From NCBI GenBank assembly GCA_904501985.1, contig CAJGCT010000004.1, positions 3,629-67,628 on the forward strand: a stretch of DNA of 64,000 nt. The letters run 5' to 3'. Below are positions 10,601 to 20,587 of this stretch, piece after piece. The first letter of the stretch is position 1; the number at the start of each line of letters is the position of its first letter. The notes beneath the pieces are model-generated. The model was not told the DNA's origin, searched no databases, and worked only from the letters and a program-made list of their open reading frames with translations. Origin of the DNA: an uncultured Clostridia bacterium (lineage in GTDB: Bacteria; Bacillota; Clostridia; Oscillospirales; CAG-272). Both the position numbers and the translations under genes were made by a program.

Positions 10601-11797
10601 ATGAAACTTACATACAAGCATACGCTGATATCCTGTTACCTTTGCTTTTTTATACAGGCTATCGTAAACAACTTCAGTCCGCTTCTTTTTGTTACATATT
10701 CTGAAGAATTTGGTGTATCCATTGAGCAGATAACTCTGCTTATTTCCTATAACTTCATCGTGCAGATGGCGGTGGATGCCATAGGTGTAAAATATGCGTA
10801 TCGAATCGGACACAGGCGCGGACTTGTCATTGCACACATCACGTCTTTTCTCGGAATGGCAGGTCTCGCGGTGTTCACTAAGATATTTCCGCCATACCTC
10901 GGACTGTTTTTAGCAACTACACTTTGCTCCCTTGGAAGCGGATTTATCGAGGTCATGGCAAGCCCCACTGTTGAGGCACTTCCGCTTGGGAATAAAAGCG
11001 CGGCTATGAGCCTGCTCCATTCCTTCTACTGCTGGGGACACCTTGCGATCGTGCTTTTATCGACTCTCTTTTTCGTCTTGGCAGGAATCGAAAATTGGCG
11101 TATAATGGCGTGGATATGGGCGGCAATTCCGTTCTTTAACTGCATACTTTTCGCTTTAGTCCCTTTAGCTCCCCTTGCCGAGGACAAGGAAAATCAAGGC
11201 TCATTTTTTAAAATCTTCAGGCTTCGTGGATTTCCGATTTTCCTTATTATCATGATCTGCGCCGGAGCAATGGAACAGGGAATTGCACAGTGGTCGTCGC
11301 TGTTCGCCGAAACGGGACTTGGAGTCTCAAAGACTGTGGGCGACCTTCTTGGTCCGTGTATGTTCGGACTTATGATGGCTCTCTCGCGTACCTTTTACGG
11401 AATCTTCGGAGAGAGGATAAACCTCATCCGCTTCATGAAATACTGCGCTGTGGGAATATTTACGGGATATCTCATGTGCGTCCTCTCGCCAACTCCGGTG
11501 CTGTCCCTTTGCGGATGCGGACTTGCGGGACTGTGCGTTGGTATATATTGGCCCGGTACGCTCAGTGTGGCGAGCAGCAGTGTACCCCTTGGCGGAACTA
11601 CCATGTTTGCGGTCCTTGCGCTTGCAGGAGACGTTGGATGCTCGCTCGGTCCCGGAATGATCGGCTTTGTGGCAGACAAGGTGGGCGGAGATGTGGGACT
11701 TAAGGCAGGAATATTTGCGGCAATCATATTCCCGATAACCGCATTCATACTGCTTTCGCTCATAAGAAGACAGCGCAAGCAGAATCTTGCCGAATGA
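10601..11797 (+). CDS. MFS transporter
   Basis: 398 aa with about 12 hydrophobic segments in a two-halves organisation. Confidence 0.8.
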   Translation: MKLTYKHTLISCYLCFFIQAIVNNFSPLLFVTYSEEFGVSIEQITLLISYNFIVQMAVDAIGVKYAYRIGHRRGLVIAHITSFLGMAGLAVFTKIFPPYLGLFLATTLCSLGSGFIEVMASPTVEALPLGNKSAAMSLLHSFYCWGHLAIVLLSTLFFVLAGIENWRIMAWIWAAIPFFNCILFALVPLAPLAEDKENQGSFFKIFRLRGFPIFLIIMICAGAMEQGIAQWSSLFAETGLGVSKTVGDLLGPCMFGLMMALSRTFYGIFGERINLIRFMKYCAVGIFTGYLMCVLSPTPVLSLCGCGLAGLCVGIYWPGTLSVASSSVPLGGTTMFAVLALAGDVGCSLGPGMIGFVADKVGGDVGLKAGIFAAIIFPITAFILLSLIRRQRKQNLAE

Positions 11798-11823
11798 GAT
11801 TTAGCAAAATGTAAATAAAGTGT

Positions 11824-11862
11824 AAACTCTCCCTCGTTTTTGAAACTGTGGGAGAGTTTTTT
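11824..11862 (+). terminator. Rho-independent terminator after the MFS gene
   Basis: Stem AAACTCTCCC / GGGAGAGTTT followed by a T-run. Confidence 0.75.
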
Positions 11863-11896
11863 CGTCTTATTGTGTAGATACATATTTTAAGGAGGG

Positions 11897-13360
11897 ATGA
11901 CCTTGAAATTTAGATACAGCGCACTTATTTTACTCGCCGTAATGCTTATGTTTGCAATGACTTCCTGCACACCGTGGATGTCGGGGAAGATTACGGATCT
12001 CAGAGAGCGTGTTTTCGGTTACAATCCGCCGGATTTTGTGGATTCTACGGTCAAAGTCATTGATAAATCTCCTAAGGATACCAACAATCCGGTGTCTGAC
12101 ACGGGGATTCCCGAAAATTCAGTTGAAAGCGAGATAGACACGCTATTTTCGGAGCTTTCGGAGGATCACGAGATCTACCGCTTCAATAATGACAACTGTG
12201 CTGTGTTGTATAACGAAAAAGACGCTTACATACTTGATTTTACAGCGGAAAGAATCACTCCCGTTACCGATATTGAGGAGATGTACGCCGCCGCCGACCC
12301 AACCGGTCGGGGACGGGAATATTTTAATGATTACCGCATAGAATATGAGTTTTCAGAGAGGGAAACTCAGCTTCATCTGTTTTTCACGGTTTATTCCAAT
12401 ACCGAGGAGGCGTATTTTTCGGTTTACGGTTATTACTATCTGAACGGGCGCATTTACAGCGGCACAGGCATCCCCGATATCAAAAACCGAAGCTTCGTAG
12501 GCTTTTACAAGACGACGGTAAGCTATCCCGGATGCGACGAGCCTTTTACCGTCACAAGCCTTGACGATTATGCGAAGCTCGGCTTATACGAGGACCAATA
12601 CTTGCTTATCTGCACGCGTGCATTTATCGAGAACGACATTGCGACTCTTGAAGAATGTATGGGCGTTGAGGACGGCTTGCTTTCCGTTTGGGAGGGCGTT
12701 GCGGTCAGCGATTACACGCTGACAAACCCTTATCCCAATTTACCCGGTGCGTATACGCTCAGGATGATTGCAAATATTTCGGGAAGCCAAATGGAGCGTT
12801 ATCCCGACGGACAGTATATTATTACGATTTTCGAGGGGCTTGGCGTTGAAATGGAGATAGTTCCCGTAACCGCATCATCAGTTGCCGGTGTGATGTCCGA
12901 TGTCGAAAAGTGGGTCTATATGTTTGCAGAAAGCTACGGTGGCTGGTACGGGGAGGATATGCTTAACCCCGAAAATCGTGATTTTGCTCATCATATGCTT
13001 GACTTCTTCGGGTACATAAACCGCATGAAGGGAATATCCGACACTCTCACCGGTGAGGAATACAAGGCGTACAGCGAGAAATATTTAGGCTTTACGGATT
13101 TTGAAAATGAGTACACATCAGAGGGGCAGATAGAACATTACGGTCACGGCGGCGTGGGGCAGATATGCGAGGTCAAAACGCTGTCAAGTGCCAGCGGTGT
13201 ACATATAATCGAGGTCACATACTTCGCCGATCCCATGCGTTCCGTGGTGGCACTTGTAAAGAGATTCACAGCAGTAGAGCTTGGTGACGGCGAGTATCGC
13301 ATTGACTTGATTGAAACGGTGTTTGAAACGAATCACCACATCTACGGTTGGTCGACGTAA
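11897..13360 (+). CDS. Hypothetical lipoprotein
   Basis: Signal peptide with a lipobox-like FAMTSC. The TTG at 11903 has better RBS spacing than the ATG at 11897. No known domain recognised. Confidence 0.7.
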   Translation: MTLKFRYSALILLAVMLMFAMTSCTPWMSGKITDLRERVFGYNPPDFVDSTVKVIDKSPKDTNNPVSDTGIPENSVESEIDTLFSELSEDHEIYRFNNDNCAVLYNEKDAYILDFTAERITPVTDIEEMYAAADPTGRGREYFNDYRIEYEFSERETQLHLFFTVYSNTEEAYFSVYGYYYLNGRIYSGTGIPDIKNRSFVGFYKTTVSYPGCDEPFTVTSLDDYAKLGLYEDQYLLICTRAFIENDIATLEECMGVEDGLLSVWEGVAVSDYTLTNPYPNLPGAYTLRMIANISGSQMERYPDGQYIITIFEGLGVEMEIVPVTASSVAGVMSDVEKWVYMFAESYGGWYGEDMLNPENRDFAHHMLDFFGYINRMKGISDTLTGEEYKAYSEKYLGFTDFENEYTSEGQIEHYGHGGVGQICEVKTLSSASGVHIIEVTYFADPMRSVVALVKRFTAVELGDGEYRIDLIETVFETNHHIYGWST

Positions 13361-13381
13361 GGGGAGAAATACGCAGTTTAT

Positions 13382-13420
13382 TGTGTGGGACGATGTTTGC
13401 ATCGTCCCACACAAATTTTA
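13382..13420 (+). terminator. Rho-independent terminator
   Basis: 14-bp perfect stem TGTGTGGGACGATG / CATCGTCCCACACA followed by A/T-rich sequence. Confidence 0.8.
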
Positions 13421-13514
13421 TGCCCAAATCTCGCATAATTTTTCGAAAAACTATTGTATTCTGCCATAAAATTTGATATAATATCCATGTATATTTTATA
13501 GGGGAGAACAATAT

Positions 13515-14648
13515 ATGAATATTGGTATACTCGGCTTCGGTTCAATGGGGCGCACACACGCCTTTGCTATTGACAGTCTTGGATATTTTTACCGTGATCT
13601 GCCGTTTAAGGCTGAGCTTTACGGTGTATATACACGCACGCCGGAAACGAGAGAAGCGGCGGCGAGAGAATTTGGATTCAAGCGAGTCTACACCTCCGAG
13701 GACGAGATGATAAGTGATCCGGCGATTGACATTATCGACATCACCACTCCCAACATTGCACATTTCGAAACCATAAAGAAGGCTATAGCCGCAGGGAAGC
13801 ACATATACTGTGAAAAGCCGCTGTGCATATCCGAAGCGGAGGCAAGCGAGGTGTCAAGGCTTGCAGAGGATGCCGGAATCACGGCGCAGGTGGTGTTCAA
13901 CACACGCTTCCTGTCGCCCATAATGCGTGCAAAACAGCTTATTTCAGAGGGACGGCTTGGGCGCATCATCAGCTTCAGATGCGCTTTTCTCCACGCTTCC
14001 TGCACCGATCCTTTGAAAAACGCAGGCTGGAAGCAGGATAAGACTGTTTGCGGCGGCGGTGTGCTGTTTGATCTCGGAAGCCACGCTATTGACCTTGTAT
14101 ATCACCTCTGCGGTGATTTTAAGAATATTTACGGCACTTCGCAGATTGCCTATCCTGTAAGGCGCGGCATGGACGGTGAAGCGTGGCAGACCAACGCCGA
14201 CGAGGCGTTCTACATGATCGCCGAGCTTGAGTGTGGGGCAAAGGGAACGATTATTGCATCAAAGCTTGCCACCGGCACAAACGACGATTTTACCCTTGAA
14301 ATCTACGGCGAGAAGGGTGCGCTGAAATTCGATCTTATGGAGCCTAATTGGCTGTGGTTCTACGACTGCACCGATAAGAGCGGAGACCTTGGCGGCGAGT
14401 GCGGCTTCAAGCGAATCGAGTGCTGCGGAAGATATCCTGCGCCCGGCGGAATTTTCCCCGGTGTCAAAGCACCTATCGGATGGCTTCGCGGTCACATCGG
14501 CTCAATGTATGCATTTCTTGATTCGGTGCATTCCGGAAAGCCTACAGACCCATCCTTTGTTGATGGAGCATATGTTCAGCGCATAATGGAAGCGGCGTAT
14601 CGCTCGGATATCAGCAAAAAAGCGGAGATGTGCGAGAGAATAAACTAA
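13515..14648 (+). CDS. Gfo/Idh/MocA family oxidoreductase
   Basis: N-terminal Rossmann MNIGILGFGSMGRTHA, a CEKP motif and a C-terminal alpha/beta domain. Confidence 0.85.
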   Translation: MNIGILGFGSMGRTHAFAIDSLGYFYRDLPFKAELYGVYTRTPETREAAAREFGFKRVYTSEDEMISDPAIDIIDITTPNIAHFETIKKAIAAGKHIYCEKPLCISEAEASEVSRLAEDAGITAQVVFNTRFLSPIMRAKQLISEGRLGRIISFRCAFLHASCTDPLKNAGWKQDKTVCGGGVLFDLGSHAIDLVYHLCGDFKNIYGTSQIAYPVRRGMDGEAWQTNADEAFYMIAELECGAKGTIIASKLATGTNDDFTLEIYGEKGALKFDLMEPNWLWFYDCTDKSGDLGGECGFKRIECCGRYPAPGGIFPGVKAPIGWLRGHIGSMYAFLDSVHSGKPTDPSFVDGAYVQRIMEAAYRSDISKKAEMCERIN

Positions 14649-14666
14649 CTCTTAAGGAGAAAGACT

Positions 14667-15296
14667 ATGATAAACAATATGCGCGTTATCGGTCTCACCG
14701 GAGGCAGCGGCGCAGGCAAGGGTGAGGTTTCCCTTTGCTTTATATCTCAGGGCATAAAGTGCCTTGATACTGACAAGGTTTCACGTGAGGTTTGTCTTCC
14801 GGGCAAGCCGTGCCTTCGTGAGCTTGTGGAATATTTCGGCGAGGATATACTGCTTCCCGACGGCAAGCTTGATCGCAAGGGTCTTGCGGCGATTGTCTTT
14901 GGCGAAGAAGACCCCGAAAAGCGCGAGGTAAAGCACGCGGCCCTCAACCGCATCACCCACCGCCATATCATCGACGCCATGAACGAATGGCTCCGCGCCT
15001 GTGAGCGCGACGGAGACTCCTTTGCGGTGGTTGACGCACCACAGCTTTTTGAATCGGGCTTTGACCGCCACTGCGACTATACAGTGGGTGTTATTGCTGA
15101 CGAGGATGTAAGAATCAGACGCATTATCTCCCGTGACCGCATAACCCGTGAGACGGCAGAGAAGCGTATCCGCTCGCAGAAGTCGAATCAGTTCTTTATT
15201 GACACCTGCGATTTTACCGTATACAACAATCAAGGGCTGGATGTCCTGGAGGGTCAAGTGAACAACATCCTCGAAAAAATAAACTTCTTTGCGTAG
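14667..15296 (+). CDS. coaE: Dephospho-CoA kinase
   Basis: P-loop IGLTGGSGAGKG, VVDAPQLFESG, and the typical length. Confidence 0.85.
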   Translation: MINNMRVIGLTGGSGAGKGEVSLCFISQGIKCLDTDKVSREVCLPGKPCLRELVEYFGEDILLPDGKLDRKGLAAIVFGEEDPEKREVKHAALNRITHRHIIDAMNEWLRACERDGDSFAVVDAPQLFESGFDRHCDYTVGVIADEDVRIRRIISRDRITRETAEKRIRSQKSNQFFIDTCDFTVYNNQGLDVLEGQVNNILEKINFFA

Positions 15297-15849
15297 GGTA
15301 TTTAAATTTTTATTTGCCGTCACCCTGCTTTGTGCGATTGCTTATCTTGCATGGACGGGATTTCTTCGGGATCAGCTTCTTATGTACCGCTATCCCGTAA
15401 AATACGGGGAGATAGTTTCCGCCTGCGCTGACAAGTACGGCGTGCCGGATGAGATGATATTTGCCGTTATACATACGGAAAGCGGATTTGACGTTGCCGC
15501 AACCTCACGCGCCGGTGCAAAGGGGCTTATGCAGATAATCGACAGCACCAATGAGTGGATCGCCGATGTGACCGGCGAGGAGGTACTGGCGGAGCGGATC
15601 TATGAGCCGTCTGTCAATATTGACCGCGGCACGTGGTATCTGTCCTATCTTTACAGGCAGTTTGGCTCTTGGGAGGTTGCCGCCGCCGCGTATAACGCTG
15701 GCTACGGCAGGGTTTCCGGATGGCTTTCTGATGCAAAATACAGCACTGACGGAAAGACGCTTGATTATATACCTATAAACGAGACGCGCCAATACGTTGA
15801 GCGTGTCATGGAGGCGGTCTCCGTATACCGCCGGTTATACTTTGAATAA
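15289..15849 (+). CDS. Lytic transglycosylase (SLT domain) membrane-anchored protein
   Basis: N-terminal TM segment and the SLT motifs HTESGF and GAKGLMQI. The TTG start overlaps the coaE stop. Confidence 0.8.
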   Translation: MRRVFKFLFAVTLLCAIAYLAWTGFLRDQLLMYRYPVKYGEIVSACADKYGVPDEMIFAVIHTESGFDVAATSRAGAKGLMQIIDSTNEWIADVTGEEVLAERIYEPSVNIDRGTWYLSYLYRQFGSWEVAAAAYNAGYGRVSGWLSDAKYSTDGKTLDYIPINETRQYVERVMEAVSVYRRLYFE

Positions 15850-15867
15850 TTTTATAAGGAGATTAAA

Positions 15868-17259
15868 ATGGACGAAAAAACACAGGGACAGCTTCTTTCC
15901 GAGAAGCTTGTTTACAAAACCAAAAACACTTTTGAATCAAAGAACGCAGAAAAGGACGTTGTAACCGAATACTGCGAGGGCTACAAGAAGTTCCTTGACA
16001 ACAGCAAGACTGAGCGCGAGGCTGTGACCGAGACCATCTCTATGATCGAGAAAAAGGGTTACAAGCCCTATAAGCTGGGTGACAAGCTGGAGCGCGGCGG
16101 CAAATATTACCTCAACAACAGAAACAAGAGCCTTTTTATGTTTAAGCTTGGCTCTGAATCCATTGAAAACGGAATCCGCATCACCGCGTCTCACATTGAC
16201 TCCCCCAGAGTTGATTTCAAGCCCCGTCCTGTTTATGAGGACTCCGAAATGTGCTTCTTCAAGACACATTACTACGGCGGCATCAAGAAATATCAGTGGG
16301 TGACAACACCTCTTTCGCTTCACGGCGTTATCTGCAAGCCGGACGGTGACGTTACCGTATGCATCGGTGAGGATGACAGCGATCCTGTATTCTATATTTC
16401 CGACCTTGCACCTCATATTGCACAGCTTCAGTATCAGAAGCACGTAGGCGAAGCGATTACAGGCGAACAGCTCAATCTCCTTGCAGGAAGCGAGCCGTAT
16501 GACGATGAAAAGACATCCGATAAGGTAAAGCTTACTGTTCTTTCGCTCCTTAACGAAAAATACGGCTGTACAGAGGCTGATCTTATCAGTGCCGAGCTTT
16601 GCGCCGTTCCTGCGCTTAAGGCGCGCGATATCGGTCTTGACCGCTCCATGATCGGCTCGTACGGTCATGACGACAGAGTATGCGCATATCCGTCCGTTAC
16701 CGCTATGCTTGAATCCGAGGATTCCGAGCACACGCTTATGAATATCATCGCGGACAAAGAGGAAGTCGGAAGCGACGGCGTTTCCGGTATGCAGTGCGCG
16801 CTTCTTTCGGATATTATCGAGGAGATCGCGCTTGCCCTTGGCGGCAACCCCAGAGTTGTACGTGCTAATTCCAAGTGTCTGTCTGCCGACGTTAACGTGG
16901 CGTATGACCCCAATTTCCCTGAGGTGTTTGAGCGCCGCAACACCGCATTCCTTAACCATGGCGTTGTTCTTTCCAAGTACACCGGCGCGCGCGGAAAGTC
17001 CGGCACTTCCGACGCATCAGCAGAGTTCGTTGAGTTCGTTACCAGAACCTTTGATGAGGAAGGTGTTGACTGGCAGATGGCAGAGCTTGGTAAGATCGAC
17101 CTTGGCGGCGGCGGAACTGTTGCTAAGTATATTGCCAACATCAATATTGACACCATCGACCTTGGTGTGCCGGTTATATCCATGCACGCGCCATATGAGC
17201 TTGTAGCAAAGAACGACGTATACATGGTTCACAAGGCTATAAAGGCGTTCTATAAATAA
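15868..17259 (+). CDS. M18 family aminopeptidase
   Basis: SHIDSPR, HDDRVCAY, DKEEVGS, and MHAPYE near the C-terminus. Confidence 0.85.
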   Translation: MDEKTQGQLLSEKLVYKTKNTFESKNAEKDVVTEYCEGYKKFLDNSKTEREAVTETISMIEKKGYKPYKLGDKLERGGKYYLNNRNKSLFMFKLGSESIENGIRITASHIDSPRVDFKPRPVYEDSEMCFFKTHYYGGIKKYQWVTTPLSLHGVICKPDGDVTVCIGEDDSDPVFYISDLAPHIAQLQYQKHVGEAITGEQLNLLAGSEPYDDEKTSDKVKLTVLSLLNEKYGCTEADLISAELCAVPALKARDIGLDRSMIGSYGHDDRVCAYPSVTAMLESEDSEHTLMNIIADKEEVGSDGVSGMQCALLSDIIEEIALALGGNPRVVRANSKCLSADVNVAYDPNFPEVFERRNTAFLNHGVVLSKYTGARGKSGTSDASAEFVEFVTRTFDEEGVDWQMAELGKIDLGGGGTVAKYIANINIDTIDLGVPVISMHAPYELVAKNDVYMVHKAIKAFYK

Positions 17260-17284
17260 GAAAAATATAAAGGAGAATGGAAAA

Positions 17285-18250
17285 ATGAACGAAATTCTTA
17301 AGAAAATCGGTCTCTACGGTATCGTGCCCGTAGTAAAGATCGACAATGTTGACGATGCTGTGCCGCTTGCACGTGCACTTTGCAAGGGCGGACTTCCTGT
17401 GGCGGAGATCACCTTCCGTACCGCTTGCGCGGCTGAGGCGATCAAGCGCATCACCACCGAGTTCCCCAATATGCTTGTTGGTGCCGGCACTGTACTTACT
17501 CCCGAGCAGGCTGATGCCGCAGTTGCGGCTGGTGCGAAGTTTATCGTATCTCCCGGACTTAATCCCCGTGTTGTAAAGCACTGCACCGAGATCGGCGTGC
17601 CGATAACTCCCGGCTGTGCAAATCCCTCTGACATCGAGGCGGCTCTTGAGCTTGGTCTTGATGTTGTAAAATTCTTCCCGGCAGAGGCGGCAGGCGGTCT
17701 TCCCATGATCAAAGCCATGAGCGCACCTTACGGAAGCCTCAAGTTCATGCCTACAGGCGGACTTAACGAGAAGAACATTCTTGACTATCTGAAGTTTGGT
17801 AAGATCCTTGCCTGCGGCGGCAGTTACATGGTGTCCGCTGACCTCATGAATGCAGGTGAGTGGGACAAGATCACCGAGCTTACAAGAAACGCTGTTATGC
17901 AGATGCTTGGCTTTGAGCTTAAGCACATCGGCATAAACTGCCAGAACAAAGAGCAGGCAACATCTGCGCTCACCATGATCGAGACAATGTTCGGCTTTGC
18001 CGCAAAGCCCGGCAACAGCGGTGCTTTCGCAGGTACTGAGATCGAGCTTATGTATGCTCCCGGCTACGGCACAAACGGACACATTGCAATCGGCACAAAC
18101 TTTATTGACCGTGCAGTGTTCTATTTTGAGAACATGGGCATCAAGTTTAACGCCGATTCCGCAAAATACAACGACAAGGGCGGTCTCAACGCTATCTACT
18201 TTAGTGATGAGATTGCAGGCTTTGCATTCCACCTCTTGCAGAAGAAATAA
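17285..18250 (+). CDS. eda: KDPG/KHG aldolase fused to a C-terminal VOC(glyoxalase)-like domain
   Basis: The first ~205 aa carry GLPVAEITFRT, GAGTVLT and KFFPAE. The last ~110 aa (LKHIGINC...) look like a VOC-fold module. Confidence 0.8.
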   Translation: MNEILKKIGLYGIVPVVKIDNVDDAVPLARALCKGGLPVAEITFRTACAAEAIKRITTEFPNMLVGAGTVLTPEQADAAVAAGAKFIVSPGLNPRVVKHCTEIGVPITPGCANPSDIEAALELGLDVVKFFPAEAAGGLPMIKAMSAPYGSLKFMPTGGLNEKNILDYLKFGKILACGGSYMVSADLMNAGEWDKITELTRNAVMQMLGFELKHIGINCQNKEQATSALTMIETMFGFAAKPGNSGAFAGTEIELMYAPGYGTNGHIAIGTNFIDRAVFYFENMGIKFNADSAKYNDKGGLNAIYFSDEIAGFAFHLLQKK

Positions 18251-18257
18251 GATACAT

Positions 18258-18296
18258 AAAAACGTGCTTTCGGATTTTCCGAAAGCACGTTTTTTG
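18258..18296. terminator. Bidirectional terminator between eda and the convergent small gene
   Basis: Stem AAAACGTGCTTTCGG / CCGAAAGCACGTTTT with A/T runs on both sides. Confidence 0.85.
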
Positions 18297-18349
18297 TGTG
18301 TAAATGGTCGGGCGAATATGGAATTCGCCCCTATACCACCCGATTTTCG

Positions 18350-18505
18350 CTATTTCCTGCGGCTTACGAGAACCGCTGTTATAATAAGCGCTCCAACAAG
18401 TATAACAGCCGCGCCAATAAGAATTACAGGCATCAGCTCGCCGCCAACAAGAACGGCTGTAGGACCGTCTGCACCGCCGATTATTCCGATAGCACTGTCT
18501 GACAT
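18350..18505 (-). CDS. 51-aa membrane mini-protein with an OadB-like IGIIGGADGPT motif
   Basis: Too short for the ORF track. ATG at 18505 is preceded by GGAGGAG. It encodes MSDSAIGIIGGADGPTAVLVGGELMPVILIGAAVILVGALIITAVLVSRRK and ends just before the terminator. Confidence 0.55.
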   Translation of the reverse strand: MSDSAIGIIGGADGPTAVLVGGELMPVILIGAAVILVGALIITAVLVSRRK

Positions 18506-18520
18506 ATAGAACTCCTCCGT

Positions 18521-20587
18521 TTAATCTAAAACTTCGTGCCAATCACGAATATCAATGTCGGTAAAGTATTTTTCAAGTATCGTAGTAGCCTCGTAACCGA
18601 GCTTAGCGAGATCGCGCACGCCTATCTGTGAGAGACCAACGCCGTGTCCCCAGCCTTTGCCTACAAAGATAAAATTATTTTTATTGCTTGCATAAACAGT
18701 CTGGGTTTTGGTAACGGACGAGGTTTCGTCAAGCTTGACCTTACCGTTCGCGCTAATCACGGTTTTGTTGTCGAGGGAAGTGTCATAGTAGCCGTCAGCA
18801 GTGAGTACACGAAGCTTTTCGGAGTCTGTCAGTGACAAATTGCCGCCCTCGGTGCTAACAGTAGCATTTTTTGCGGAGACCGTGACAAATTCGGTGATTT
18901 CCGCTTCGACAGAGCCTTTACCAACCACGAAATTGGAGCTGTTCACGTATTTTGAGAGTGCTGTGCGTACTCCGTCAGTGGTTTTCACGGTCACTTTTGT
19001 ACCGTAGCTGTCGGTGAAGGTTATCTGATAAACATATGTGGAGTTTTTGGCAAGCTTGTCGATGGAAATGTCCACAATTTCGCCCTTTAATGAAGTGTAA
19101 CCCTTTGTGGTGCGAAGATAGGTGCAAAGCTCAGCAGGGGAGACCTCCACCTGCCATGCGCCATGGGAATGATTGGTGAAGATTTCCCACGGAGTCTCCA
19201 CTGCCACAAGATATGGCTGGGGTGCGCCGCCCCATGCATCGTCAACGCCTACGGTAACGCCGCCTGTCGCCGCGCTGTAGTAAGCGGTAACGATCCTATT
19301 TCCGTAGGTCATTACAAGACCCTCGGTTTCATCCACCGCCTGCTCAACAACATCGGTTATGCGTGTTCTGCCGTTATACACCTGGCAATGTGTTGTGTTG
19401 CACAGGTCCGCCTGATAGGCACTCTCATGGCGCACGCTTGCAAGAGTGAAGGAGCGCACGCAAATGGCAAATGCCTTTTGCGCTTCAAGGGGCCACGAGG
19501 ATGAAATTTCGTAGGGAAGAACGCCTTTTATATATTCCCCAAGAGGGATAATATCCGTAAGAGACACGCCGTCAATGCTTCCGGATATGTAGCGGCGGAA
19601 CATGAATACGCCGTCATAAAGCTTTTTTGCCGGAGTCATGAGATATGCACGCTCGCCCTCCGGTGTGTCGAGGGGAGCAAGACCGAGAGCGGTCCTGTCG
19701 CCGTCGTCGTATTCAAATAATATGCGGTCAGTTAACGGATCAACCACGCTGACTGCGGTATTTGTGGGAGCGGCAACGGTAATTTCATAATCGGGAAGAT
19801 AATCACAAAGCTCCAAGACTATATCCTCTGCATCTGCGGCAGAGGAAAAATGTCCGGCTCTTATACGGTATCCGCCGTCGATATAAGAGGGAATTGCATA
19901 GATATCAAGCTCACTTAAGATTTCTTCAAGCTCCTCTGTAAGCTCAACCGCTTCTTCGTAAGTAAGGTCTTGTCCTATCTCGGCGTGCCATCCTCCAATA
20001 ACAGCCGCCGCAGGGTCTGAGGTTTTACTGTAGGTCATAGCGGATTTTGACAGGTTTGCATCAACAACGCAGGAAACCTTTGTCTCGGGAAGCTCCCAAA
20101 GAAACTCATGGGTAAGATCGCCAAGGCGGTTGACAAGATTTATGGAAAAGCCGTAATCTGCCACCGTTTCAAATCCCACAGTGACGTTTGTGCCGTACAT
20201 AAGCGCCACGCGGATAAGCTTATCATCAGAGCCGGAGTATTCGCTGTATGACGGTGTAAACGACTCTTCATCCTCGTTTTCATCGGCGGAATCTTCGTCT
20301 ACGTCGTTTTCTTCTTCTTCTTCTTCGTACTCTTCGGTTTCCTCGTCTTCGCGGATATCCTCGGTTTCTTCCTCTGCGGTGTCATCCACGGTATTATCAG
20401 TGCCGTTTTGCTCTTTTTCAAGCTCCTGAAGCTTTTCAAGTATCTCGGCTTGGGTCATACCCATTACACTGTTTGCCGAAAGCGATACAGCAAGGTGGTA
20501 AATTGCCGCTGTGCATACTGAAAGTGCAAGAAATACCACCATAACAAGTGCGAGTATTCGCTTTAGCTTGTCTCTCTTATTCAACAA
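18521..20587 (-). CDS. SpoIID/LytB domain protein with N-terminal anchor and polyacidic tract
   Basis: SpoIID signature CNTTHCQVY with YSAATGG, an N-terminal TM segment, and an E/D-rich low-complexity stretch. Confidence 0.85.
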   Translation of the reverse strand: MLNKRDKLKRILALVMVVFLALSVCTAAIYHLAVSLSANSVMGMTQAEILEKLQELEKEQNGTDNTVDDTAEEETEDIREDEETEEYEEEEEENDVDEDSADENEDEESFTPSYSEYSGSDDKLIRVALMYGTNVTVGFETVADYGFSINLVNRLGDLTHEFLWELPETKVSCVVDANLSKSAMTYSKTSDPAAAVIGGWHAEIGQDLTYEEAVELTEELEEILSELDIYAIPSYIDGGYRIRAGHFSSAADAEDIVLELCDYLPDYEITVAAPTNTAVSVVDPLTDRILFEYDDGDRTALGLAPLDTPEGERAYLMTPAKKLYDGVFMFRRYISGSIDGVSLTDIIPLGEYIKGVLPYEISSSWPLEAQKAFAICVRSFTLASVRHESAYQADLCNTTHCQVYNGRTRITDVVEQAVDETEGLVMTYGNRIVTAYYSAATGGVTVGVDDAWGGAPQPYLVAVETPWEIFTNHSHGAWQVEVSPAELCTYLRTTKGYTSLKGEIVDISIDKLAKNSTYVYQITFTDSYGTKVTVKTTDGVRTALSKYVNSSNFVVGKGSVEAEITEFVTVSAKNATVSTEGGNLSLTDSEKLRVLTADGYYDTSLDNKTVISANGKVKLDETSSVTKTQTVYASNKNNFIFVGKGWGHGVGLSQIGVRDLAKLGYEATTILEKYFTDIDIRDWHEVLD

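Noticed and set aside
18201-18542. ORFs 18201-18542 (minus) and 18296-18502 (plus) from the track.
   Set aside because: They span the bidirectional terminator and have no RBS. The 51-aa frame with GGAGGAG and a clean TM helix explains the region better.
20181-20429. Ser-rich 82-aa plus-strand ORF.
   Set aside because: It is the antisense reading of the GAA/GAT-rich acidic tract of the SpoIID-like gene.
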